Source: Thermodesulfobacteriota bacterium (GTDB lineage: Bacteria; Desulfobacterota; Desulfobulbia; Desulfobulbales; SURF-16). From it: 25,561 nucleotides of DNA. The notes under the pieces were generated by a model, which was not told the DNA's origin, did no database searches, and saw nothing but the letters and a program-made list of their open reading frames with translations. The position numbers and the translations under genes are program-made. The first letter of the stretch is position 1; each line of letters starts with the position of its first letter. The stretch spans positions 1 to 25,561 of the forward strand of contig JBDLIE010000036.1 in the NCBI GenBank assembly GCA_039715015.1, given 5' to 3'. Shown one piece after another: positions 8,449 through 17,419 of the stretch.

Positions 8449-8663
8449 GTTACTTTTCGCCCGCTGCGCTGGCTACTTGCCAAGACCTAAAAAGTAACGC
8501 AAAAAGGGCACCCCGGCAGAGTTGGCCTACGGCACGCTCGCCGTCCGCCGTGAAAAGGGCATTTTGAGAACTCGCGAAGTTTATACCCCCTTGCGGGGTG
8601 CTCAGACATGCCAAAACGCTTTTCCTTTTCCCGGCTCCCTGCTCGCTCGACTCAGCAATGGGG
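8449..8663. repeat. ~215-nt nested-palindrome element (candidate non-autonomous mobile repeat or structured RNA)
   Basis: GTTACTTTT(8449-57)/AAAAGTAAC(8490-98); CCCC..GCAGAGTTGGC(8511-26)/GCTCGACTCAGC..GGGG(8645-63); GCCGTGAAAAGG(8547-58)/CCTTTTCCCGGC(8624-35); GCATTTTG(8559-66)/CAAAACGC(8612-19); ACCCC(8585-89)/GGGGT(8595-99). Confidence 0.6.
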
Positions 8664-8770
8664 AAAAGGCAACAGCAGAGGACAGAAGGATTTGATTTGC
8701 CGTCCTATAGAGTACTCATGCTCGCGTCGCGGGTTGTATTTATTAATTGGGTATATTTCGGAGAGCTGAT

Positions 8771-9115
8771 ATGAAGATACGAATGAAAAATGGCAGTGTG
8801 GATATAGATGGTCGCAGTTTTTCCGGGAGTTCTATTTCAATCAACAACAACGGGAAGGTTATAGTGGACGGAATTGAACAAGATGGTCAATTGGTAGGAA
8901 ATATTACCGTCACTGTTAATGGTGACGCTGAATCAATCCATAATGGCAGCGGTGATGTGTACGCAAAAACTGTTGGCAACATAACCACTGAGGATGGTGA
9001 TGTTACAGTGGAGGGCGATGTTTCAGGGAGCATCACTACTAATAGTGGCGATGTCCGGTGCAATTCTGTAGCTGGATCGGTGAATAGTGAGTCTGGCGAT
9101 ATACTCAAAAGGTAG
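8771..9115 (+). CDS. Small hypothetical beta-solenoid protein (DUF4097/adhesin-like repeats)
   Basis: 114 aa from ATG 8771 with GGAGAG SD at 8760-65; ~16-residue repeats SIHNGSGDV / NITTEDGDV / SITTNSGDV / SVNSESGDI; Gly/Ser/Asn/Val-rich, no signal peptide. Confidence 0.75.
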   Translation: MKIRMKNGSVDIDGRSFSGSSISINNNGKVIVDGIEQDGQLVGNITVTVNGDAESIHNGSGDVYAKTVGNITTEDGDVTVEGDVSGSITTNSGDVRCNSVAGSVNSESGDILKR

Positions 9116-9128
9116 AGATGTAACGCAC

Positions 9129-9164
9129 GGCACTTGCCAAGACCAAAAAAGGATCGCAACAAGG
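9129..9164 (+). repeat. Imperfect direct-repeat copy of 8471-8507
   Basis: GGC-ACTTGCCAAGACCAAAAAAGGATCGCAACAAGG vs GGCTACTTGCCAAGACCTAAAAAGTAACGCAAAAAGG: 32/37 identical by hand alignment, 13-nt exact core. Confidence 0.75.
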
Positions 9165-9229
9165 AACGAAACACCATTCGAAGCAATTAAGACACTATAG
9201 GCTTCAGACCTAGCATCCTAATCCGTGAT

Positions 9230-9276
9230 AAATAAAAAAGGGAGATGACGCTTGGCGTCATCTCCCTTTTTTATTT
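9230..9276. terminator. Bidirectional intrinsic terminator T2 between convergent ORFs
   Basis: AAATAAAAAAGGGAGATGACGC-TTG-GCGTCATCTCCCTTTTTTATTT perfect 22-bp inverted repeat. Confidence 0.9.
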
Positions 9277-9291
9277 TTATGCTACTAATCT

Positions 9292-9789
9292 CTAGAAGGA
9301 GAAGTTGAGAAAAGGCAGGAACTTCATGGGCTTTGCGGAGTTATTAAAGTTGAGCAGGCCAATCTGCAGGCCATTATCCAGGGTACCGGCGTAATTATAG
9401 AATCCCAGCTGCAGCCCGGACATTTTCTTGCCGGCACTGTTGACAACCCCGGACTGCAGGCCAACAAAATCACCAGCGGTTATATTGGCGACACTGCTCT
9501 GCCAGCCGGTAAAATTTCCATCGACCAGATTGACAGCGCCAAACTCAACACCGGTGAAATTGCCGGAGGCCCGGTTCACCAGACCGAGATCAAAACCAGT
9601 TATATTCTTATTATAGCCGTAGAAGAGGTTGAAGCGAAAACCAGCAATGGAGGTGTTTTCGTCAAAGACCTGCCAGGGGTAAAAAAAGGCATACTGGGCC
9701 GGCTTTTCACCATTCCCGGCAAAGCTGGTCAGGGGGATGGACAATAGAACAGCTGCCATGATTAATAAAATAAGTGATACTTTTTTCAT
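9292..9789 (-). CDS. Secreted/surface repeat protein resembling the LA_2272/VC2662-type family
   Basis: 165 aa from ATG 9789 (GGAGGA SD at 9794-99); Sec signal MKKVSLILLIMAAVLLSIPLTSFA; ~15-aa repeats G-x-(D/E/Q)-x-G-x-x-N; ends FLPFLNFSF. Confidence 0.75.
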   Translation of the reverse strand: MKKVSLILLIMAAVLLSIPLTSFAGNGEKPAQYAFFYPWQVFDENTSIAGFRFNLFYGYNKNITGFDLGLVNRASGNFTGVEFGAVNLVDGNFTGWQSSVANITAGDFVGLQSGVVNSAGKKMSGLQLGFYNYAGTLDNGLQIGLLNFNNSAKPMKFLPFLNFSF

Positions 9790-9920
9790 AGATTCCTCCA
9801 CGTTGATTCTTAAACAGCATGAGGCTGCAAAAAGACAGCCATTTATCGCCCCCCATTACAATAGAGCTCAATATAAAAGCTCCCCCTTGATGCTGTAAAT
9901 GAATAAATTGTCGCAGGACA

Positions 9921-9962
9921 TAAAAAAACCCCTGCAGTTGAATAACTGCAGGGGTTTTTTTA
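9921..9962 (-). terminator. Intrinsic terminator of the ribosomal superoperon (bidirectional form)
   Basis: TAAAAAAACCCCTGCAGTT-GAAT-AACTGCAGGGGTTTTTTTA, 20 nt after the rplQ stop. Confidence 0.9.
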
Positions 9963-9982
9963 AGCTTGATAAAAGAAAAGAC

Positions 9983-10375
9983 CTAGTTGTCTTCCTCCTC
10001 TTGAGCACTCATCTTTTCAGAGTAGTTCACCAGCTCAAGGATGGCCATGGGAGCTGCGTCGCCGCGCCTATTACCAGTCTGGATGATGCGGGTGTAGCCA
10101 CCTGGTCTTTCCTTGTACTCAGGACCAAGCTCATCAAAAAGTTTAGCAACAACGCTCTTATCCTGAATGAAGGAGAGGGCCTGACGGCGTGCATGAAGAT
10201 CACCACGCTTGGCAAGGGTGATCATCTTATCTGCAACTTTACGAATCTCTTTAGCCTTGGGAGTGGTGGTTACAATTCTCTCGTGATCCAGCAGAGAAGT
10301 AACCATATTCCGTACCATGGCCTTACGATGAGAGGTGGTCCTGCCTAAACGGCGGCCTGCTTTTCTATGCCTCAT
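9983..10375 (-). CDS. rplQ: 50S ribosomal protein L17
   Basis: [37 protein letters not shown]. Confidence 0.98.
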   Translation of the reverse strand: MRHRKAGRRLGRTTSHRKAMVRNMVTSLLDHERIVTTTPKAKEIRKVADKMITLAKRGDLHARRQALSFIQDKSVVAKLFDELGPEYKERPGGYTRIIQTGNRRGDAAPMAILELVNYSEKMSAQEEEDN

Positions 10376-10426
10376 GGGTCGATCCTCAATATTTCAACCC
10401 CAGAAGGAAACGGGGTTATTTATTAC

Positions 10427-11494
10427 TTATTCCTGGTTTTCGTCCGGGTTGGCAGCAACAGGAATCTTCCAGTTGTCCAACACCATACCGAGTGATAATT
10501 CCATTTCAGAGAGAAGCTGTTTGATCTCATTTAGCGATTTACGACCAAAATTCTTGGTCTTTAACATCTCAGCTTCAGTTTTCTGGACGAGCTCACCAAT
10601 AAAATTAATATTGGCATTACGCAGACAGTTAGAGGAACGCACTGAGAGCTCAAGGTCCTCAACGGAACGATTGAGGTTCTCATTAACAGGCTCACGCTCT
10701 TCAGCGCTGACCTCTTCCTCTTCGGGCTCTACCTGATCTTCATCGAAATTGATAAAGATGGTCATCTGCTCCTTCAGAATCTTTGCTGCATAGGCAATAG
10801 AATCTTCAGGTGTCACACTGCCATCGGTACTAATCTCCATGGTCAGTTTATCGTAGTCAGTCTGCTGGCCGACACGGGCCTGGTTAACAATGAATTTGAC
10901 ATTGCGAATAGGCGTAAAGATCGCATCAATGGGAATATAATCAACAGGAAGATCTTCCGTCTTGTTGACTTCAGCGGGAGAGTATCCCTTACCCCATTTA
11001 ATGACCATCTCAGCAACAAAATCACCGTCACCGGTAATGGTGCAGATATGCTTATCAGGATTCATAACCTCAACGGTATGATCACCGATGATATCTCCAG
11101 CAGTGACATTCCCCTTGCCCTTCTTCTCTATACGGACAATTTTTTCCTCTGCGGAGTTAATCTTGAAACGTACCTCTTTGAGGTTAAGAATTATCTCTGT
11201 GGCGTCTTCAAGAATTCCTGCCAAGGTGGAAAATTCATGTAGGGCTCCCTCAATTCGCACGGCGGTTACAGCAGCGCCTTGAACGGTAGAAAGGAGAATT
11301 CTCCGTAAGCAGTTACCAATTGTCGTGGCAAAACCGCGCTCAAGTGGCTGGCAGATGAATTTACCATAGGTTGCTGTATGGCTATCCTGGACAACCTCAA
11401 GACGTTTGGGTTGAATAAGATCGTGCCAGTTTCTATAAAAAGGTGCTGTCTCTTCTTGCTCGATAGCGTTCTCTTTTTCTGTCATATTCGTCAC
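10427..11494 (-). CDS. rpoA: RNA polymerase alpha subunit
   Basis: [54 protein letters not shown]; start GTG 11494 or ATG 11485. Confidence 0.98.
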   Translation of the reverse strand: MTNMTEKENAIEQEETAPFYRNWHDLIQPKRLEVVQDSHTATYGKFICQPLERGFATTIGNCLRRILLSTVQGAAVTAVRIEGALHEFSTLAGILEDATEIILNLKEVRFKINSAEEKIVRIEKKGKGNVTAGDIIGDHTVEVMNPDKHICTITGDGDFVAEMVIKWGKGYSPAEVNKTEDLPVDYIPIDAIFTPIRNVKFIVNQARVGQQTDYDKLTMEISTDGSVTPEDSIAYAAKILKEQMTIFINFDEDQVEPEEEEVSAEEREPVNENLNRSVEDLELSVRSSNCLRNANINFIGELVQKTEAEMLKTKNFGRKSLNEIKQLLSEMELSLGMVLDNWKIPVAANPDENQE

Positions 11495-11541
11495 GTTAGT
11501 TATCTGCCTGAAATGTATTTATTTGTTACAGCACAAACGTT

Positions 11542-11623
11542 TAGCGGATGGATATGCATCCATCCGCTACGAAACATCTCGCTGGTTCTGTTCTTGCCGG
11601 TAAAGCGACAAGAACAAGGACCA
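11542..11623. other. Two strong hairpins in the rpsD-rpoA spacer
   Basis: TAGCGGATGGAT-ATGC-ATCCATCCGCTA (11542-69); TGGTTCTGTTCTTG..CAAGAACAAGGACCA (11583-11623). Confidence 0.65.
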
Positions 11624-11635
11624 AAACCTGCTTAC

Positions 11636-12265
11636 TTATTTGGAGTAAAGTTCGACAATCAACTGTTCCTGAATTGGTAAAGTCAACTCTTCACGAACAG
11701 GCATTGTCTTTACTGTGCCCTTATAATTGGGATGGTCAGCAGTCAGCCAGCTTGGCACACCGCGACGAGCAACAGCTGAAATGGACTCATTAACAGCAGG
11801 AGTTTTCTGGCTCTTTTCTTTCATGGTAATTTCTTCACCTACAGTTACGAGGTAGGAAGGAATATTAACCTTTTTACCATTTACCAGAATATGATTATGG
11901 CGAACGAGCTGACGTGCTTGATTGCGTGAATTGGCAAAGCCAAGACGATAAATGGTGTTATCAAGACGACGCTCTAAAAGCTGAAGAAGGTTCTCACCGG
12001 TAACACCTTTCTTGCTATCAGCCATATAGAAATAGCGGCGGAACTGGTCTTCAAGAATACCATAGATCCGGCGTACCTTCTGTTTCTCACGGAGCTGAAT
12101 AGCATAGTCGGAACTTTTACGTACCCGGGCCTGACCATGTTGGCCAGGAGCATAGGAACGTCTCTCAAATGCACATTTATCTGAGAAACAACGCTCGCCT
12201 TTCAAAAACAGCTTTAATTTTTCGCGCCTGCACTGACGGCAAGAAGCGCCACGATATCTAGCCAA
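11636..12265 (-). CDS. rpsD: 30S ribosomal protein S4
   Basis: MARYRG..CRQCRRE, PGQHG, QLREKQK, LERRLDN, IVELYSK; TTG start with GGAGGA SD. Confidence 0.98.
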   Translation of the reverse strand: MARYRGASCRQCRREKLKLFLKGERCFSDKCAFERRSYAPGQHGQARVRKSSDYAIQLREKQKVRRIYGILEDQFRRYFYMADSKKGVTGENLLQLLERRLDNTIYRLGFANSRNQARQLVRHNHILVNGKKVNIPSYLVTVGEEITMKEKSQKTPAVNESISAVARRGVPSWLTADHPNYKGTVKTMPVREELTLPIQEQLIVELYSK

Positions 12266-12307
12266 TTGAATCCTCCACTTAGTATCTGTGGTTGAGGAGT
12301 ATTAAAA

Positions 12308-12697
12308 TTAAACTCTTCTGCGTTTCGGGGGTTTACATCCATTATGGGGCAGAGGTGTCACATCAGTGATCTTGGAAACCTCTAATCCCTGAGCCTGTAA
12401 GGCTCGAATGGCAGCTTCACGTCCAGGGCCAGGACCTTTCACACGCACTTCTACCTTGCGCATGCCATTGTCCTTGGCCTTTTTAGCAGCGTTTTCAACA
12501 TTATTCTGGGCTGCAAAAGGAGTTGACTTACGAGAACCCTTAAAACCCAAAACGCCGGAGCTGCACCAGGAAACAACGTTTCCCTGCTTATCTGAAAGAG
12601 TTACCAAAGTATTATTAAATGTAGATTTAATATGGGCAATACCCTCTGGCACATTCTTTTTAACTTTTTTCTTGGTTGTTTTCTTGGGACTAGCCAT
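12308..12697 (-). CDS. rpsK: 30S ribosomal protein S11
   Basis: [39 protein letters not shown]. Confidence 0.98.
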   Translation of the reverse strand: MASPKKTTKKKVKKNVPEGIAHIKSTFNNTLVTLSDKQGNVVSWCSSGVLGFKGSRKSTPFAAQNNVENAAKKAKDNGMRKVEVRVKGPGPGREAAIRALQAQGLEVSKITDVTPLPHNGCKPPKRRRV

Positions 12698-12724
12698 GAA
12701 TATACTCCAAAGAAGATGTACTTC

Positions 12725-13093
12725 TTATTTTTTCTTTACAGCCGGACCGCGACGGGGGCCTTTACGGGTACGGGCATTTGTTTTGGTACGCTGTCCACGA
12801 ACTGGAAGACCACGACGATGACGAATGCCACGGTAACAACCAAGGTCCATCAAGCGTTTCAGATCCATGGCAACTTCACGACGACGATCACCTTCAACGA
12901 CATAATCGTCCTCGATGATCTTTCTAATGTTTGCTACATCAGATTCGGTAAGATCATCGCTATTGGTCTCATGGGCCAATCCAACTTTATCAAGAATCGC
13001 CTTTGAACTTGTCCTTCCGATACCATGGATATAGGTCAAGGCAATAACCATATGTTTATTTTTAGGCAAATCAACGCCTGCTAATCGTGCCAA
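12725..13093 (-). CDS. rpsM: 30S ribosomal protein S13
   Basis: [39 protein letters not shown] start. Confidence 0.98.
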   Translation of the reverse strand: MARLAGVDLPKNKHMVIALTYIHGIGRTSSKAILDKVGLAHETNSDDLTESDVANIRKIIEDDYVVEGDRRREVAMDLKRLMDLGCYRGIRHRRGLPVRGQRTKTNARTRKGPRRGPAVKKK

Positions 13094-13177
13094 GGTAATC
13101 CTCCTGCAATAATTTTAGATGTGACGCATGGTCGCTGGCACTTACAATAAGTAAAAGACTTATCCGGTAAAAAGTGA

Positions 13178-13291
13178 TTACCCCTGACGCTGCTTATGCT
13201 TCTTGACCTTGCAAGAAACCCGTACAACGCCTTTACGTTTAAAAACGCGGCAATCACTACAAATTTTCTTAACTGATGAACGTACTTTCAT
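13178..13291 (-). CDS. rpmJ: 50S ribosomal protein L36 (Zn-binding form); missing from the supplied ORF track
   Basis: Hand translation: [37 protein letters not shown] (37 aa), AAGGA SD upstream. Confidence 0.97.
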   Translation of the reverse strand: MKVRSSVKKICSDCRVFKRKGVVRVSCKVKKHKQRQG

Positions 13292-13312
13292 ATCGTAAAT
13301 CCTTTAAAACTC

Positions 13313-13546
13313 TTATTTCTTCTTGCCGCCTTTAGCCCTGAATGTCACCCGTCCACGGGTAAGGTCATAAGGGGAAAGCTCAACAGTTACGCGGTCACCA
13401 GGAAGAATTTTAATGAAATGCATGCGCATCTTGCCAGATATATGAGCAAGAACCTTATGACCATTGTCAAGTTCCACTCGAAACATTGCATTGGGCAGGG
13501 GTTCAATAATGGTGCCTTCTACCTGGATAGCCTCTTCTTTTGGCAT
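13313..13546 (-). CDS. infA: Translation initiation factor IF-1
   Basis: [42 protein letters not shown]. Confidence 0.98.
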   Translation of the reverse strand: MPKEEAIQVEGTIIEPLPNAMFRVELDNGHKVLAHISGKMRMHFIKILPGDRVTVELSPYDLTRGRVTFRAKGGKKK

Positions 13547-13641
13547 ACTGCGTTCCTGTCTGGTTTGTCGAAAAAGGTGAGAATATACTCGATTTAATTA
13601 TTTTTGCCCGTTTTTTTTGTTCTCAACCCAAAATATCTCAA

Positions 13642-14433
13642 CTAGGAAATATTGTCCGGCAGCTGTTCATTTTCTCTCTTGCTCAAAACCCTCGGGCCAT
13701 CTTCAGTCAGAGCAATAGAATGTTCAAAATGAGCAGAAACCTTCTTGTCCTTGGTAACCACAGTCCAGCCATCTTTAAGGACGACGACTTCGTGACCACC
13801 AAGGTTAATCATGGGCTCAACAGCTACAACCATTCCCACATGTAGCTTGGGAGAATTCTTACCCTGCACATAGTTAGGAACCTCAGGAGGTTCGTGCAGG
13901 TTCTTGCCTATCCCATGTCCGACAAACTGGCGAACAACGGAGAAGCCTTGCTTTTCAACATGCTGTTGGACAGCTGCGGAAATATCACGCACCCGGTTGC
14001 CTTTTTTTATTGCAGCAATGGCCTGATAAAGAGAGCCCTGGGTTGCTGTTAACAGCGCCTGGACATCTTCTTTAATGTTGCCCACCGGGATGGTGATAGC
14101 GGAATCACCATAAAATCCATTAAATTTCACCCCGAAATCAATGGAAATCACATCCCCCTCACAAAGCTTAACCTTCTTTGAGGGAATTCCGTGCACCACC
14201 TGTTCGTTGATGGAAACACAGAGACTACCAGGAAACCCTCGGTAGCCTTTAAAGGCCGGAATCGCTTTTCGTTTACGGCAATTTTTTTCTGCCCATTGAT
14301 CAAGCTGCCAGGTAGTGACTCCTGGCTCGATCCGTTCTTCAAGCATCTGCAAGGTAGCTGCGACAATCTGGTTTGCCTCATACATCCGGTCAATCTCAGA
14401 TGCAGACTTCAGAATAACAGCGCTTTTAGCCAT
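13642..14433 (-). CDS. map: Type I methionine aminopeptidase
   Basis: CVSINEQVVHGIP, IDFG..GFYGDSA, GHGIG..LHE, EPMIN, SAHFEHSI; 8-nt overlap with secY. Confidence 0.97.
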   Translation of the reverse strand: MAKSAVILKSASEIDRMYEANQIVAATLQMLEERIEPGVTTWQLDQWAEKNCRKRKAIPAFKGYRGFPGSLCVSINEQVVHGIPSKKVKLCEGDVISIDFGVKFNGFYGDSAITIPVGNIKEDVQALLTATQGSLYQAIAAIKKGNRVRDISAAVQQHVEKQGFSVVRQFVGHGIGKNLHEPPEVPNYVQGKNSPKLHVGMVVAVEPMINLGGHEVVVLKDGWTVVTKDKKVSAHFEHSIALTEDGPRVLSKRENEQLPDNIS

Positions 14434-15748
14434 TGAACGTTCTGCGGCTCCGGGTCTTTTGCTTCTTTACAAAGCCATCATAATTTTGCTGAACCGTATA
14501 TGATTCAATCTTCGACATGGTATCGATGGCTACACCGACAACAATGAGCAGGGCCGTACCACCGAAGTAGAAGGGAAGATTAACCTTACTAATTAACACG
14601 GTGGGCAAAATACAGACCAGACTCACATAGGCAGCGCCAATAACAGTAAGGCGGATCATCACCTTGTCAATAAACTCTGCTGTCCGTTTTCCAGGTCTGA
14701 TCCCTGGCACGAAGCCGCCATTGTTCTTCAAATTCTCAGCAATGTCATTGGGGTTAAAGGTGACCGCGGTGTAAAAGAAACAAAAGAAAACGATCATGGC
14801 GACATAAAGCAATGTATGCAGCGGTGTTCCCCAGGCAAGCTTTGCCGAGATCTGCTGAACTATATCTATCTGGACAAACTGACCGATGGTACCCGGAAAC
14901 ATCATAATGGATGATGCAAAGATCGGCGGGATAACACCGGATATATTAATTTTTAAAGGCAGGTGGGACTGTTGGCCACCAAACATCTGCCGGCCAACCA
15001 TCCTCTTGGCATATTGGATGGGAATTCGGCGCTGGGCAGTCTCGAAAAAGATGATAATGCCAACAACAACAACCATCATTCCAAGAAGGATTGGCAGAAA
15101 GACAGCAATGAGCTGGCCTGATGTAATCATCTTCACGGTGTTGACAATCGCTGCCGGCATACGGGCAACTATACCAGCAAAGATGATCAATGATATGCCG
15201 TTACCAATACCGCGCTCGGTCATCTGCTCACCGAGCCACATAATAAATGCGGTCCCGGAGGTTAGGGTCAGAACAGTCATCAACCGGAAATTCCAGCCCG
15301 GATCAAGAACAATCATTTCCGTGGAGCCGGAAGCTGTCATCCCTTCCAAACCGATGGAGATAAAAAGTCCCTGAACAACACTGAGAGCAACGGTGGCATA
15401 GCGTGTGTACTGGGTGATCTTACGTCGACCGGACTCTCCTTCCTTAGACAATGCCTCGAGCTGAGGAATAACCACCGTCAAAAGCTGGAAAATAATAGAG
15501 GCCGAAATATAAGGCATAATACCCAGGGCAAAGATGGAAAAACGTTCCAAGGCGCCGCCTGAAAACATATTTACCATGCCGAAGATAGTGCCGGCGTTCT
15601 TGGCAAAAAAGGTTGCCAGTGCCTCACTATTAATCCCTGGAGTGGGAATCTGTACACCAATACGGTAAACAGCGAGCATGAGAAGAGTAAAAATAATCCT
15701 CTTTCTCAGTTCGCCCATTTTACCGGGATCTTGAAAACCTGCCGCCAT
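14426..15748 (-). CDS. secY: Preprotein translocase subunit SecY
   Basis: SIFALGIMPYISASII, WLGEQMTERGIGNGISLIIF, GVIPPIFASS, PGIRPG, GGTALLIVVGV; ATG 15748 preferred over in-frame TTG 15754. Confidence 0.98.
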   Translation of the reverse strand: MAAGFQDPGKMGELRKRIIFTLLMLAVYRIGVQIPTPGINSEALATFFAKNAGTIFGMVNMFSGGALERFSIFALGIMPYISASIIFQLLTVVIPQLEALSKEGESGRRKITQYTRYATVALSVVQGLFISIGLEGMTASGSTEMIVLDPGWNFRLMTVLTLTSGTAFIMWLGEQMTERGIGNGISLIIFAGIVARMPAAIVNTVKMITSGQLIAVFLPILLGMMVVVVGIIIFFETAQRRIPIQYAKRMVGRQMFGGQQSHLPLKINISGVIPPIFASSIMMFPGTIGQFVQIDIVQQISAKLAWGTPLHTLLYVAMIVFFCFFYTAVTFNPNDIAENLKNNGGFVPGIRPGKRTAEFIDKVMIRLTVIGAAYVSLVCILPTVLISKVNLPFYFGGTALLIVVGVAIDTMSKIESYTVQQNYDGFVKKQKTRSRRTFNG

Positions 15749-15771
15749 ATCCAATCCGCTAGTTGTTTAGA

Positions 15772-16212
15772 TTAAGAAGCTACGGAACCGCCGGCAGATT
15801 CAATCTTCTGCTGGGCAGATTTGGAAACCTTATCAACCGTAACGGTGAATTTCTTAGTCAATTCACCATCGCCAAGGATCTTCACCTTTGAATCGCTGGC
15901 CTTGATCAGGCCATATTTCAGAAGACTCTCACGGGTAACTTTGGAGCCACTGCGCATCTTCTGCAGGTCGCGGACATTAACAATAGCGTATTCATTACGA
16001 AAAATATTGTTAAAACCACGCTTTGGTAGACGACGCTGTATCGGCATCTGGCCACCCTCGAAGCCTGGCTTGATACCAGAACCGGAACGGGCCTTATAAC
16101 CTTTATGGCCACGGCCCGAAGTCTTACCATGACCGGTACCATGACCGCGGCCAAGACGTTTTTTGGGCTTTCTGGAACCGGGACTTGGGGAGAGGTTGCT
16201 TAAATTAATCAT
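15772..16212 (-). CDS. rplO: 50S ribosomal protein L15
   Basis: RLGRGHGTGHGKTSGRGHKG, GFEGGQMP..RRLPKRGF. Confidence 0.98.
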   Translation of the reverse strand: MINLSNLSPSPGSRKPKKRLGRGHGTGHGKTSGRGHKGYKARSGSGIKPGFEGGQMPIQRRLPKRGFNNIFRNEYAIVNVRDLQKMRSGSKVTRESLLKYGLIKASDSKVKILGDGELTKKFTVTVDKVSKSAQQKIESAGGSVAS

Positions 16213-16394
16213 TATACTTCCTCCACATCAACGAGATGATGAACCTTGTTGATCATTCCACGAATTTCAGGAGTATCCTTCCGAAGAATAGTCTTATTTG
16301 TTTTGGTCAATCCAAGGCCAACTGCTGTGGCCCGGATTTTTTTTGTGCTGCCGATAACGCTTTTTTTCAGGGTTATCTTGAGATCACCAGCCAT
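16212..16394 (-). CDS. rpmD: 50S ribosomal protein L30
   Basis: KITLKKSVIG, LGL, DTPEIRGMINKVHHLV; position between rpsE and rplO. Confidence 0.96.
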   Translation of the reverse strand: MAGDLKITLKKSVIGSTKKIRATAVGLGLTKTNKTILRKDTPEIRGMINKVHHLVDVEEV

Positions 16395-16507
16395 TGTAGC
16401 ACCTCTTCCCTTTTATGAGGGTGTTATCCCTCTATCAAAACAAACACTCGCAAGCTCAAGGCCTGGGAGTGTTTGTGCTGTAAACTAAATACCTAATATA
16501 TACTATC

Positions 16508-17011
16508 TTAGGCTCGAACAGTCGCAGGATCCACACCACGAAGCGCTGCAACCTGTTTTGCACTGCGCAGGCGCCGGAGACCATCAATGGTAGCCTTAAC
16601 CAGGTTATGGGGATTATTGGACCCTATACATTTGGTCAGGATATTGTTAACTCCTGCTGCCTCAAGGACGGCGCGAACAGCACCACCGGCAATTACACCT
16701 GTACCTTCGCCAGCAGGCTTAAGCATAACCTTGCCTGCGCCATAACGGCCGTTAATCTCATGGGGGATGGTAGTTTCGTCGAGAGAAACAGATTTCATAT
16801 CCTTTCTCGCCTTCTCAACACCTTTCCGGATGGCCTCGGGGACCTGGTTGGCCTTACCCAGACCATATCCAACCTTACCGGCGCCATCACCAACAACGAC
16901 AATAGCGCTGAAGCTGAAACGACGACCACCTTTTACGACCTTTGCTACGCGATTGATATAGACAATCTTTTCAATGAGATCGTCTGCAGTATCTTTTTTG
17001 AAATCAGCCAA
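16508..17011 (-). CDS. rpsE: 30S ribosomal protein S5
   Basis: [35 protein letters not shown] start. Confidence 0.98.
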   Translation of the reverse strand: MADFKKDTADDLIEKIVYINRVAKVVKGGRRFSFSAIVVVGDGAGKVGYGLGKANQVPEAIRKGVEKARKDMKSVSLDETTIPHEINGRYGAGKVMLKPAGEGTGVIAGGAVRAVLEAAGVNNILTKCIGSNNPHNLVKATIDGLRRLRSAKQVAALRGVDPATVRA

Positions 17012-17040
17012 GGGACACCTCTGCTCGATTGTAAATTTTA

Positions 17041-17406
17041 TTAGAATTCCAAGCCGCCCTCGCGAGCACCTTCAGATAATGCCTTTACTCTGCCATGATA
17101 GAGGTTTCCACCTCTGTCAAAAACAACCGTATTAACACCTGCAGCCTTTGCCTTTTCGGCGATAAGAAGCCCTACTTGATGAGCCGTTTCAGTTTTAGAC
17201 TTGGCGTCACCATCTTTAACCGCCTTGTCCAAGCTGGACATGGAGGTAATAGTGGCACCTTTGGTGTCATCAATGAGCTGAGCATATATATTATTAATAC
17301 TCCGGAACACTCTCAGCCTAGGCTTGGTAGATGTTCCAGTGATATTTTTACGAATGCGCTTAACCCGCTTCGCTCTGGCAATTTGTTTCTTATCTGTCTT
17401 AGCCAT
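17041..17406 (-). CDS. rplR: 50S ribosomal protein L18
   Basis: [36 protein letters not shown]. Confidence 0.98.
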   Translation of the reverse strand: MAKTDKKQIARAKRVKRIRKNITGTSTKPRLRVFRSINNIYAQLIDDTKGATITSMSSLDKAVKDGDAKSKTETAHQVGLLIAEKAKAAGVNTVVFDRGGNLYHGRVKALSEGAREGGLEF

Positions 17407-17419
17407 TACTCTTACCTAC

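Noticed and set aside
8734..8757. Promoter TTGTAT..TATATT for the 114-aa ORF
   Set aside because: Only a 12-nt spacer, and the start site would fall within the SD.
8449..9164. CRISPR array (37-nt direct repeat)
   Set aside because: Only two imperfect copies about 620 nt apart, no regular spacers and no cas genes.
9116..9229. Integron attC site after the 114-aa ORF (ATGTAAC just after the stop)
   Set aside because: Does not fit RYYYAAC, there is no matching GTTRRRY downstream, no attC-type palindrome and no integrase in the window.
13642..15748. Absence of adk between secY and map
   Set aside because: secY-map adjacency is a known gene-order variant; the genes overlap by 8 nt with no remnant, so there is no sign of a recent deletion.
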